Positions 45,393-53,660 of a stretch of 64,000 bases of DNA are shown here, one piece after another. Where the stretch lies: the NCBI GenBank assembly GCA_964549625.1, contig CAZJVA010000003.1:12967-76966 (forward strand). The letters run 5' to 3'. How positions within the stretch are numbered: position 1 is the first letter of the stretch; each line of letters starts with the position of its first letter. Below the pieces are notes generated by a model, which did not search any database, was not told where the DNA came from, and was given only the letters and a program-made list of their open reading frames with translations. Source of the DNA: an uncultured Candidatus Babeliaceae bacterium. GTDB taxonomy: Bacteria > Babelota > Babeliae > Babelales > Babelaceae. The translations under genes and the position numbers were made by a program.

Positions 45393-46214
45393 TCATGTAT
45401 TGTTTTCAGCAGGAAAGAAACCGAGTTCTTCATAAGTCGGTCCTTTTATTTTGAAGTGTCTTAGTATTTTTTCGGGGGAACATTTTTTGAAGTATTTATT
45501 CATATAAATTTCTTGTTGCTTTTCGGGGGAAGATGTTTCTAGATGTGGGATATTAAAAATGTTTTCTTGAATCGGGCAGATACTGTTTTTGTTGAGTTTA
45601 TTGTCAATAAGAACATAGAGATGTCCCAGGAAAGCGTAAGGATCAAAAAGTTCATTCTTTGTGTGAAATATTTGTGCTTGAATTTGTTCATGGTCCTTAA
45701 TTTTGAACCAATTAACTAGCACATTTTTTATGTAGTTAATTTTTAGTTTTTGCGTTGGATGAAAGCCTAGAATTTTATGCCAGGCATATTTTTTATCCAC
45801 CTCAGGCGATGATACGCTGAATATAAAGCCACGAATGTCTTCTGGTTTAATGTTTTTTCGGAAATTATCCTGCGCTATTGCGCAAAGTTTTTCTGAACTG
45901 TTTCCATCATTTTTGTGGAAAATGATGGCCTTATTAGTTTTGCTATCTTGAAGTGCAACAAGCTTGCAGGGCTGTAGGGGACCGACAATCGCGCACTCTG
46001 TTTTTCCTTCCTCGAGGACCATATAGCGTAGTTCAGGAACATACATTAATTTGCTTTTTTCTTGCGCTGTTAATGAACGATAGGCAAACGGCAATAAGAT
46101 TTCTTTTGTGCTTGTATTTTCGGGTGGGATTGATAGGTGATATGGGACGCCGCTATGACTTTGCTTGCACCATACTATACTGAGCAATAGAAAGAGTGTT
46201 CGGGCATTTTTCAT
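45393..46214 (-). CDS. Secreted Cys/His-motif ORFan family, paralog 4 of 4
   Basis: N-terminus is MKNARTLFLLLSIVWC. Family motifs are LLPFAYRSLTAQEKS, YMVLEEG, AIVGPLQPCKLVAL, IIFH, IRGFIF and ICPIQENIF. Confidence 0.8.
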   Translation of the reverse strand: MKNARTLFLLLSIVWCKQSHSGVPYHLSIPPENTSTKEILLPFAYRSLTAQEKSKLMYVPELRYMVLEEGKTECAIVGPLQPCKLVALQDSKTNKAIIFHKNDGNSSEKLCAIAQDNFRKNIKPEDIRGFIFSVSSPEVDKKYAWHKILGFHPTQKLKINYIKNVLVNWFKIKDHEQIQAQIFHTKNELFDPYAFLGHLYVLIDNKLNKNSICPIQENIFNIPHLETSSPEKQQEIYMNKYFKKCSPEKILRHFKIKGPTYEELGFFPAENNT

Positions 46215-46403
46215 CGTATATTTTTCTTTGGTGGTTTTTGTATGTTGGTATTTTAGGATAGTGATCTTTCTTGGTTTTGTCGATTTTGAAGCAGGCTTTT
46301 GCCCAGGTTCCTGATGTGGGGTGTCCTTGAGTTTTAGAGTCTATGTTGCTAGGGTAAGTTTTCCCCCTGTAGCAGGTTGCATTGAGTTTATGGTAGGTGT
46401 GGT

Positions 46404-47348
46404 ATGTTTTTGATTGTCTTGTTATATGCACTATTTGGCTTTACCTTTACTTTGGGCAAGGTGTTAGTCTACCATGCTACGCCGTTTTTTGCCGTTGGTT
46501 TGCGTATGGCTATTGGCGGCATTTTATTATTAATTTGGAGTTGGTGGAATCGGTATAAACGTCCATCGTGTGCGGTTCCGTTACACTCATATTGGGTTGG
46601 TTATTTAAAACTTACCGTTTTTGCAATTTTTGTTCCCTATGTTGCGCGTTTATGGGCTTTACAGGAACTTACGACAGGTAAGGCTGCTCTTTTATTTAAT
46701 ACGGCGCCTTTCTTCTCGGCCTTGTTGGGATTTATCTTGCTTCATGAGCGCCTGTCTAAGTTACAACTTTGGGCTTTGGTGCTGGGCTTCTTAGGAACAA
46801 TACCTATTTTGTTAACAAGCTCTCCTGCTGAGGACCTTTTTTCGGTTGGGATTTTTTCGCTTCATGAGGTTGCGGTTATGGTTGCTGCTGCTTCCATGAG
46901 TTATGGGTTTATTGTTATGCGGGAGTTGGTAAAAGAGCGCGGCTGTCCTCCGTACGTCGCCAACGGTGTTTCAACTTTCTTGGGTGGCGCACTGGCGCTT
47001 AGTTGTTCTGTTGTCTTTGAACCGAGTCCCATAAGGACTAGTTTTTGGTCATTATTGGGGGTGATGTTGCTGCAGGTGGTTATTAGCAATTTGTTATGTT
47101 CTAATCTTCAGGCTCATCTATTACATTCGTATAGTCCGACATTTATGTCTTTTGCTGGGTTTTTAAGTCCTTTGTTTGCTCTCATATATGGGTTTTTACT
47201 CTTTGGTGAAACAGTTTCCTGGCACTTCTTTGCGTCACTTGCTGTTATTGGCTTGGCTTTGTATCTTTATCTTTTGGGCGATCGCTCGACAAAGAAAAAG
47301 ATGTTAGAAGTTGAAGAAGCTGTTGAGGCTGGGGGGCGTTTGCCTTAG
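46404..47348 (+). CDS. EamA/DMT-superfamily transporter (10 TM)
   Basis: 314 aa built from two ~140-aa hydrophobic halves typical of EamA repeats. Each half ends in an LxERL/LFGE-type segment (LLHERLSKLQLWALVLGFLG; LLFGETVSWHFFASLAVIGLALYLY). Confidence 0.8.
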   Translation: MFLIVLLYALFGFTFTLGKVLVYHATPFFAVGLRMAIGGILLLIWSWWNRYKRPSCAVPLHSYWVGYLKLTVFAIFVPYVARLWALQELTTGKAALLFNTAPFFSALLGFILLHERLSKLQLWALVLGFLGTIPILLTSSPAEDLFSVGIFSLHEVAVMVAAASMSYGFIVMRELVKERGCPPYVANGVSTFLGGALALSCSVVFEPSPIRTSFWSLLGVMLLQVVISNLLCSNLQAHLLHSYSPTFMSFAGFLSPLFALIYGFLLFGETVSWHFFASLAVIGLALYLYLLGDRSTKKKMLEVEEAVEAGGRLP

Positions 47349-47370
47349 GTCTGTGGGTTTAGCGTAGGTT

Positions 47371-48087
47371 GTGCGGTGCTGCTTGTTTTCGATTACTCGT
47401 GTTTTTTGGCTTTTTGCTGCTCGCGTCTTTTTTAGGCGCATCTGGTTTTGGTTGGTGTTCGGCTTTGTGCAAGCGTATTTCTTTGCTTTGTGGCTGCTTT
47501 TTTTTGGCTCGGCCAGTATGCAATTGATGGGGGGCACATGGGATGCTCTTTTTGTTTCTTTTGCGTATCGCATCCATGCTTTTTATCTTTGGTCATACCT
47601 TGCAAGCTTGAGCAATTTTTTTATTTTTTTTGTAGGGCTGTTTCTGTTGAGTTGTGCGTTTTGGTTGCATTTTTGTGTTTCACAGATGGCTGCGTGCGTA
47701 TACCAGGGGCGGAAAATTGTTGTTATGAAGGCCCTTATTCCCAAATCATGGCTTCAGCTTTTTCAGGTGGTCGGGATTTCTTTTATCATAAGTTTTGTGA
47801 TGGCCCTTGGGCTTTTTTTTGGTCTTTTTCCTGCTATCTTAGCCCATTTTTGTTTTTTTGCTGTTTTTCCAATTTTGGTTGATAACCCCTCTTTTTCTCT
47901 TTTCCAGGTTGTTAGGAAAAGCTGTAAGATAGCTCGAAGGTCTTGGAGCTCGATTGCATGGTTTTCGATTGAAGCATTTATGCTTTATATTGCCCTGATG
48001 TATCTGGTTGCTTATATTTTTCTAGTGGTGATTGTTCCTTTGGCTCGTTATGCTTTGTGCCGTATGTTGGTAAAAAATTTGCCCTAA
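47371..48087 (+). CDS. Hypothetical polytopic membrane protein
   Basis: 238-aa ORF with 5-6 hydrophobic segments. The start is uncertain, with MQLMGG at about 47521 as an alternative. I recognise no motif. Confidence 0.5.
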   Translation: MRCCLFSITRVFWLFAARVFFRRIWFWLVFGFVQAYFFALWLLFFGSASMQLMGGTWDALFVSFAYRIHAFYLWSYLASLSNFFIFFVGLFLLSCAFWLHFCVSQMAACVYQGRKIVVMKALIPKSWLQLFQVVGISFIISFVMALGLFFGLFPAILAHFCFFAVFPILVDNPSFSLFQVVRKSCKIARRSWSSIAWFSIEAFMLYIALMYLVAYIFLVVIVPLARYALCRMLVKNLP

Positions 48088-48203
48088 GGTACTGCGTTTT
48101 TTGTTTTTTTATTGACCTCGATCTTTTTTAAAGTTGCATCTTGTATTTTATAGGGGTAATCCGAGAGGGTATTTTAGTTCAATCTGAAAAGCAAGGTGCG
48201 ATT

Positions 48204-48545
48204 ATGAAAAAGCGTACATGTCGTATGGTATTAGTTGGTGTTTGTTCATTGTTGGCAACGGCTCCTGTTGCAGCGCGGCGTGTTCAGCGTTCATGTCCGC
48301 TTGCTAAGGAAGATCCAACGACTTGCCCTAATTATGATAAAGATAAAGGGCCAGGCTTAGGTATTGGCCGTAAAGATGGCCATGGGCAAAATGAAGGTCG
48401 CGGTAGCGGTCCTCGCGATGGTCGTGGACAAGGTTGTGGCTTAAATAAAGGACGACGCCGCGGAAAAGGTTCAGGTCCTCGTGACGGTCGCGGCCAAGGA
48501 CGTGGCCTAGGGCGTCGTGATGGAAGCGGTGCAGGACGTAACTAG
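48204..48545 (+). CDS. Small secreted Arg/Gly-rich repeat protein
   Basis: AAGGTG lies upstream of ATG 48204. The signal is MKKRTCRMVLVGVCSLLATAPVAA. GSGPRDGRGQG[CR]GL occurs twice within an RG-rich tail. A strong terminator follows. Confidence 0.6.
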   Translation: MKKRTCRMVLVGVCSLLATAPVAARRVQRSCPLAKEDPTTCPNYDKDKGPGLGIGRKDGHGQNEGRGSGPRDGRGQGCGLNKGRRRGKGSGPRDGRGQGRGLGRRDGSGAGRN

Positions 48546-48576
48546 GCATAATACCTTATAGTCTGATGTAATTTGT

Positions 48577-48615
48577 ACCGGTGGCCAATTTAAAGCATTG
48601 GCCACCGGTTTTTTG
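48577..48615 (+). terminator. Rho-independent terminator between convergent genes
   Basis: Perfect 13-bp stem ACCGGTGGCCAAT (48577-48589) / ATTGGCCACCGGT (48597-48609) with a 7-nt loop, followed by TTTTT. Confidence 0.8.
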
Positions 48616-48621
48616 TGCACG

Positions 48622-50388
48622 TTATCCGAGTTTTTGAACTTTTTTGCGTGTAATGACTGCTTTTATTGCATCAATTATGGTTGGTGCAAGTTCGTGGGCT
48701 GCACGTTCCGTTAGCCCCGTTAAACGATCGATCTGTGCAGGGGTATAGGCAAAGTTTCCTGTGTTAATAAATCCGCCGCCGTTGCGTAGAAGTTCCTGGG
48801 GGTCAAAGGTCGGATCGTAATCATCATTTTTAGCAAGCGGCACGTAGATGATGATAGGTGCGGAAGAATCAGGTCCGTCATAAAAAATGGAGTATTTTTC
48901 TGTTATTGCTTGGTAATAGTCTATGGTTGGGAATAATTTGTTGGCTGCTCGGGCACTATCTTCTAATTTATGTAGGTTTGGCGCATTGAAACAATCGGCG
49001 CTTGCTTCAACAATAATGATTATATCGATGGTTCTTTCATCTCTTAAAACAGGTTCGATTGGTATATTTTGTGCGGCACCGGCATCAATATGAATATGGA
49101 ATTGAGAGTGTGGATCGCCGCCGGCTTGAAGGTTGCGTACTGGATTGCGGATGAACGCTGGAAAAAGTTGAAATTCTCCGAGCGGTGTTTGCATGATTGC
49201 GGTCTGAAGTGGTTTGAACAGAAAGCTTGGCCTGAGCTCTTGGGCAATTAATGGAAAAATTTGTTTGAGTGCAAGGGTGAACGCTGATCCCCAAATGCCC
49301 ATGAGATACCCTAGTGAAAGTGATGGATGCTTGGTAGTTGATTTGCCACACTTGAATTTGCGCCCAAAACCAAACGTTGGACAGGCGCCATTAATGCCAT
49401 AATGCATAACTTCAAACGGGGTGAATTCTACCTCATGAAATTTAGTATTTGCCTCGTAGGGGTGCACAGACATTCCGATAGGAAGCGGGACGGTGCCCTG
49501 GCTTACATAGTCGGCAAATGAGGCAAGCGTTGTTTGGGCATAGTGTCCCTTGGTGTGATCCTCAAAAAGTTCCAGGCCAATGAGTAAGCCGTAAAGATCA
49601 ATGATAGTAGGTATTTCGTGGTAAGCAAGTCTTCGGATAAATGTCTCAGCAATGGTACCCATAAATGCGGCGAGATTTTGTCCGCCTTTAGTGAGGGCTT
49701 CATCAAGGAGTGTTGAAGCGACGCGTTTTTTAAATCCTGGGTAAAAATCAAGGTACGGTTTTTTTGAGGCGAGCCATGAGCCAATAAGCCAGGTTGATCC
49801 AGATACGCCACCAAGGTAGTGGACGGTGTCAAGGAGTGAGGTGTCGGCTAGGCCTTGGCAGAAGCCTGCAGTTGACAGCATGGCACGAAAACCTCCGCCG
49901 CTTCCAATAACCGCAATGCGTGGAATAAGGTCTTCGTCAACTTCTTCTTGTAGGTATTCTTCGATGACTTTTTTTGCATATTTGTTGCGTGCTTCTAAAT
50001 ATTTTTGTTCCGCTTGTGGAAGTGGTCGATTACCTTCCCATACGCGTCGAATGCGGGCCTCGGACCATTTGGTAGGTTCGCTATTGAGGAGCAGATGGTA
50101 TAAAAATGCAAGGAAAAAACGAGGCACCGGATATTGTGCGCCGTCGATGGTGAGGTTACCTTCGAGTGATGATGATGTTCCAGAGCGTGTTCCTGGGGTA
50201 AAGGAAAATGAGATATCATCGTAGTGTCGGGAGAGCGTCTCTACGATTTCTTGGTCGCTTACTTCGGGCACCTGGATAAAGTTTTCAATTTCTTGGTCGG
50301 TTATTGCGCGTGAGGTATTGGAAATAGAGAGGGCTAACGCCATGATTATGATCAGGGGTGTTAGTGAAAGTGCTTCTTTAAAAGACAT
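48622..50388 (-). CDS. Secreted cPLA2-type (PLA2_B, group IV-like) phospholipase/lysophospholipase, copy A
   Basis: Signal-like N-terminus LTPLIIIMALALSISNTSRA. VIGSGGGFRAMLSTAG...YLGGVSGSTW matches cPLA2-alpha GSGGGFRAM...GLSGSTW (Arg200/Ser228 region, from memory). IIDLYGLLIG, VPLPIGMSVH, EVEFTPFEV, LGYLMGIWGSAF and HIDAGAAQNIP (catalytic Asp region) are also present. Confidence 0.9.
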   Translation of the reverse strand: MSFKEALSLTPLIIIMALALSISNTSRAITDQEIENFIQVPEVSDQEIVETLSRHYDDISFSFTPGTRSGTSSSLEGNLTIDGAQYPVPRFFLAFLYHLLLNSEPTKWSEARIRRVWEGNRPLPQAEQKYLEARNKYAKKVIEEYLQEEVDEDLIPRIAVIGSGGGFRAMLSTAGFCQGLADTSLLDTVHYLGGVSGSTWLIGSWLASKKPYLDFYPGFKKRVASTLLDEALTKGGQNLAAFMGTIAETFIRRLAYHEIPTIIDLYGLLIGLELFEDHTKGHYAQTTLASFADYVSQGTVPLPIGMSVHPYEANTKFHEVEFTPFEVMHYGINGACPTFGFGRKFKCGKSTTKHPSLSLGYLMGIWGSAFTLALKQIFPLIAQELRPSFLFKPLQTAIMQTPLGEFQLFPAFIRNPVRNLQAGGDPHSQFHIHIDAGAAQNIPIEPVLRDERTIDIIIIVEASADCFNAPNLHKLEDSARAANKLFPTIDYYQAITEKYSIFYDGPDSSAPIIIYVPLAKNDDYDPTFDPQELLRNGGGFINTGNFAYTPAQIDRLTGLTERAAHELAPTIIDAIKAVITRKKVQKLG

Positions 50389-50400
50389 ACTGTTTCCTTT

Positions 50401-52107
50401 TTAGCTGTTTTGTGGGCGGATGCCTCGTTCCTTTTTATCAATAGCTGCTAATAGCTTCTGTATAAGATCATGGTGCATTTGTGTTGCCGCTGTTTCGAAT
50501 AAGCCTGCTAATAGGTTGTATTGTTCCCTTGTGTAGAAAAAGTTCATCATGTGCAAAAAGTTGTTTTGGTAGGGATAGATCAGCGGCCATGGATCAAATT
50601 CTTCAGAGTAGCTTGGGTTTTTAACGAGAGGAACATAAAATACGATTGGGGCTGCGGAGTCTGGACCATCATCGAATACAGAAAAGGGGTTGCTGCGCGC
50701 GCGTTCGTAGTCGATGCGGGGGAATGGTCTATTGTTGGCGCGTGCCACATTTTCAAGTATTTGAAGGCTTCCAGACCAATTAACATTACTTCCGCTTTCG
50801 ACCAGTATAATAACATCAATGTTGCGATCAGGGTTGAGTGTTGGAAGCATCGGCGCATCGTAATCAATTCCAGCATCGATGTAGGCATGGAATCGAGTGT
50901 TTTTGTCTGGCGAAGTATTCATGCCTCGTGTGTAATTGCGGACAAATGCAGGGAAGAGGCGACTTTCGCCTAAGCAAGATTTTTCGATCAAATCAAAAAT
51001 CGGCATGAAGAATGGTTTAGGTTTTAGAAAATCTTTAATCGTTGGAATGTAAGTCTTTACCTTTTGAGAAAATGCAGAACCACATATGCCCATAAGGTAT
51101 CCAATAGTTTGTGCCGGATGCCTGCTTAGTGATTTTCCATTATAAAAGTCTCGACCAAACCCAAATCCTGGGCAGCCAGCATCGAGTCCGTAGTTGATAA
51201 CTTCGAAAGGGTTGAATTCAACTTCGTCGCCTTTACGGTTTTCGTGTTGAACAATTGCGGTTCCTATTGGCAGGGGTACGGTTCCTGTTGCTACGTGGGG
51301 TTTTATGCTTGATAAGGTGGTCCACGCATAATTCTTTTTTGATTTGGTTTCGAATAGGTGGAGCCCGAGCATGAGCCCATAGAGATCAATACTTGTTGGT
51401 ATTTCGTGAAAGGCCAGGCGTCGGAGAAATGCTTCGGCAATTGAGCCTGAGAAAGAGGCAATATTGAGCGCAAATTCTTTGGTCTCAACACCAAGTATTC
51501 CCTTGAGTACGCGTTCTACAAATTCGGGATAAAATTCTGTATAAGATTTTTTAGATACCATCCAGGGATAGAGAAGCCATGTTGAACCGGATACTCCGCC
51601 AATCATATGGACGGCGTCCAGGAGGCCTAGCTGGTTGAGTTTGTTAGTAAAGCCAGCGAAGGATATCATTGCGCGAAAACCACCGCCACTGCTGATGAGC
51701 GCTACTCGTGGTGTGTTTTTGGTCGCAACGGGTTTTCCGAGAACTTTTTCGAGCGCCTGGGCAGTGAATATATCTCGTTTGTTCCAAAACTCTTTTTCTT
51801 CTGTGCTGATACTATGGTTTTTTCCAAAGTGCCGTACGCGAGCGGTTTGGTGCTTATTGGGGTCTTTATCAAGGATGATGTTATATAGGATACCAAGCAA
51901 AAATCGGTTCAGAGGAAGTGCTAGGTCACATTCAGGAATGGGGAGGGTGGCTTGTAGTTCTGGTGTTCGATGGGTATTTTCTTCAAAAACAATTTCAGGA
52001 AAATGTCTTTGAATAGTATTTTTTAATTCTTCATCAGACGGTGTTTGTGCAATGAGATAGGGAAAGAAGAAAAATAGTCCAAGAATTAGCCTGGATGAAT
52101 GCTTCAT
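50401..52107 (-). CDS. Secreted cPLA2-type phospholipase/lysophospholipase, copy B
   Basis: N-terminus is MKHSSRLILGLFFFFPYLIAQ. It is collinear with copy A: LISSGGGFRAMISFAG, MIGGVSGSTW, IDLYGLMLG, VPLPIGTAIV, EVEFNPFEV, IGYLMGICGSAF and YIDAGIDYDAP. Confidence 0.9.
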   Translation of the reverse strand: MKHSSRLILGLFFFFPYLIAQTPSDEELKNTIQRHFPEIVFEENTHRTPELQATLPIPECDLALPLNRFLLGILYNIILDKDPNKHQTARVRHFGKNHSISTEEKEFWNKRDIFTAQALEKVLGKPVATKNTPRVALISSGGGFRAMISFAGFTNKLNQLGLLDAVHMIGGVSGSTWLLYPWMVSKKSYTEFYPEFVERVLKGILGVETKEFALNIASFSGSIAEAFLRRLAFHEIPTSIDLYGLMLGLHLFETKSKKNYAWTTLSSIKPHVATGTVPLPIGTAIVQHENRKGDEVEFNPFEVINYGLDAGCPGFGFGRDFYNGKSLSRHPAQTIGYLMGICGSAFSQKVKTYIPTIKDFLKPKPFFMPIFDLIEKSCLGESRLFPAFVRNYTRGMNTSPDKNTRFHAYIDAGIDYDAPMLPTLNPDRNIDVIILVESGSNVNWSGSLQILENVARANNRPFPRIDYERARSNPFSVFDDGPDSAAPIVFYVPLVKNPSYSEEFDPWPLIYPYQNNFLHMMNFFYTREQYNLLAGLFETAATQMHHDLIQKLLAAIDKKERGIRPQNS

Positions 52108-52256
52108 ACAGTCTCCTTGAGAAATAGAGCGATAGTGGAGAGCAAGATACGTAAATAGAGCTTAGTCATATGTTACATGGTTACCCCCAGACGTTGCACC
52201 GCGCAGCATTCTGGATGTGAGCTTAGGCAAAATTGCAATGATTGGGCAAGAAAATA

Positions 52257-53075
52257 TTAGCGTAGTCTATTGAAAAGGCAGCGGGCATTCTTGGTGGTCT
52301 TTTGCCCAATTTCCTCTATGGAGAGGCTTTTGAAAACTTGTTCCGAGAGGAATGCTGCAATAAGAGCAATGTTGCGCGGGTGGTTTCTTGAGCCGCGTAC
52401 TTTTTGAGGCGCTAAAAAGGGGGCGTCAGTTTCCAAAAGGACGTTTTCGATGCCGCAAAACTGTATGGCTTCTCGCAATATATGATTTTTGGGGTATGAG
52501 ACATGGCCATCTATTCCAATAAAAAAGCCTCGCTCGAGAGCTTGGCGTGCGGCAGCTTTGTCTTCAGAAAAACAGTGAAATACACCGCGTGGTTGTTCTG
52601 TTTTGTATTCATCAATAATGTTGATTGTTTCGGTGAATGCGCTTCGCGAGTGAATTACCAGGGGAAGCTTGTGCGTCAGAGCGAGCTCGATTTGGGCGCG
52701 AAAATAGTTTTTTTGTTGTGGTATGTCAAAACCGGGATGATAGAAATCAAGTCCGGTTTCGCCAATTCCAACAATCTGCTTATTGTTGTCGGAAAGGATA
52801 AGCTTTTTTAATTCATTCATTGATGTCGTTAATTCTTGCTGGCTTTCGCACGGATGTATTCCAATAGTGGCATATACTGAGGCTATTTTAGATGCTAGTG
52901 CTATTGATTTCTTGCTAGAATCGAGATTTGTGCCTATAGTAATAACCGTTGTCACCTTTTCATCGTGAGATTCGTCTATTATTGTTTTGATATTCTGGAA
53001 GTCCTTTTGTTCAAGAGGTCTTTTTTCGGGACATTCAGCGATGAGGTCAAGATGGCAATGGGTATCGATAAACAT
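52257..53075 (-). CDS. tatD: TatD-family metal-dependent hydrolase/DNase
   Basis: MFIDTHCHLD start, GETGLDFY, PLVIHSR, VFHCFSE, LLETDAPFLAP. Confidence 0.9.
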   Translation of the reverse strand: MFIDTHCHLDLIAECPEKRPLEQKDFQNIKTIIDESHDEKVTTVITIGTNLDSSKKSIALASKIASVYATIGIHPCESQQELTTSMNELKKLILSDNNKQIVGIGETGLDFYHPGFDIPQQKNYFRAQIELALTHKLPLVIHSRSAFTETINIIDEYKTEQPRGVFHCFSEDKAAARQALERGFFIGIDGHVSYPKNHILREAIQFCGIENVLLETDAPFLAPQKVRGSRNHPRNIALIAAFLSEQVFKSLSIEEIGQKTTKNARCLFNRLR

Positions 53076-53112
53076 TGATGCTCCTTGGTAGAAAGCTCTT
53101 TTGAAAGAGTAT

Positions 53113-53140
53113 TTGACAAAAAAATGGGTATGTCTAGTAT
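53113..53140 (+). promoter_or_regulatory. Putative sigma70 promoter of the HU gene
   Basis: TTGACA (53113-53118)-N16-TAGTAT (53135-53140), about 65 nt upstream of the start codon. Confidence 0.45.
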
Positions 53141-53206
53141 TATGACCGTGCCGCTAGTGAAATGGACGGCCAAGTCGTGCGTTTTAGGTTTTATAAGGGG
53201 ATATGT

Positions 53207-53491
53207 ATGAATAAGTCAGAGCTAATTGAGGCTCTTAGTGCAGAGACTGGTTTCAATAAAAAAGATATTGCAACCGTACTTGATGTCCTACGGCAAAAAA
53301 TTATTACGGCGCTGAGCGCTGGTGAGCGTGTACAGTGGGCTAAGTTTGGAACCTTTACTTTGGCTCGTCGTGGCGCACGCAAAGGTATAAATCCTCAAAC
53401 CAAAGAGCCAATGGATCTGCCTGAGGTTTTGGTTCCAAAGTTTAAAGCGGGTAAGAGCTTGCGTGGTGTTTTAAACACTGAAGGTAAATAG
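53207..53491 (+). CDS. hup: Nucleoid-associated DNA-binding protein HU
   Basis: MNKSELIEALSAETGFNKKDIATVLDVL...FGTFTLARRGARKGINPQTKEPMDLPEVLVPKFKAGKSL is the canonical HU/IHF fold sequence. AAGGGGA lies upstream of ATG 53207. Confidence 0.92.
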   Translation: MNKSELIEALSAETGFNKKDIATVLDVLRQKIITALSAGERVQWAKFGTFTLARRGARKGINPQTKEPMDLPEVLVPKFKAGKSLRGVLNTEGK

Positions 53492-53516
53492 CTCTACGCT
53501 TCTTAATTGCACTTTG

Positions 53517-53541
53517 AAAAGCCGCTCCGGCGGCTTTTTTT
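53517..53541 (+). terminator. Rho-independent terminator after the HU gene
   Basis: AAAAGCCGC-TCCG-GCGGCTTTTTTT: a GC stem with a tetraloop and a T7 tract. Confidence 0.75.
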
Positions 53542-53660
53542 ATTGTTTTTAGGTGAGCTTGTGTTTTTGACGGATAAGTCTTGGGTTGTTATTTTATATT
53601 TGGGGTGTTTTGCTCCAAAGAGCGTGTTTATATAAAGATGATGTAAGCTCGGGGTACTCC

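Noticed and set aside
36300-46214. Possible shared C-terminal export tag F-x(0,2)-[DE]-[IVL] in secreted ORFans (DFSDIQI, PFSDVQI, DDFIELA, SGFVEIK, NFLDIDK)
   Set aside because: The motif is too short and degenerate to separate from chance, and its position relative to the C-terminus varies from 3 to 15 residues. It is worth re-testing only with many more family members.
47448-47882. 144-aa + strand ORF in an alternative frame within 47371-48087
   Set aside because: It overlaps almost entirely with the longer 238-aa frame, which has a more convincing TM periodicity. Only one of the two can be real, and neither has homology support.
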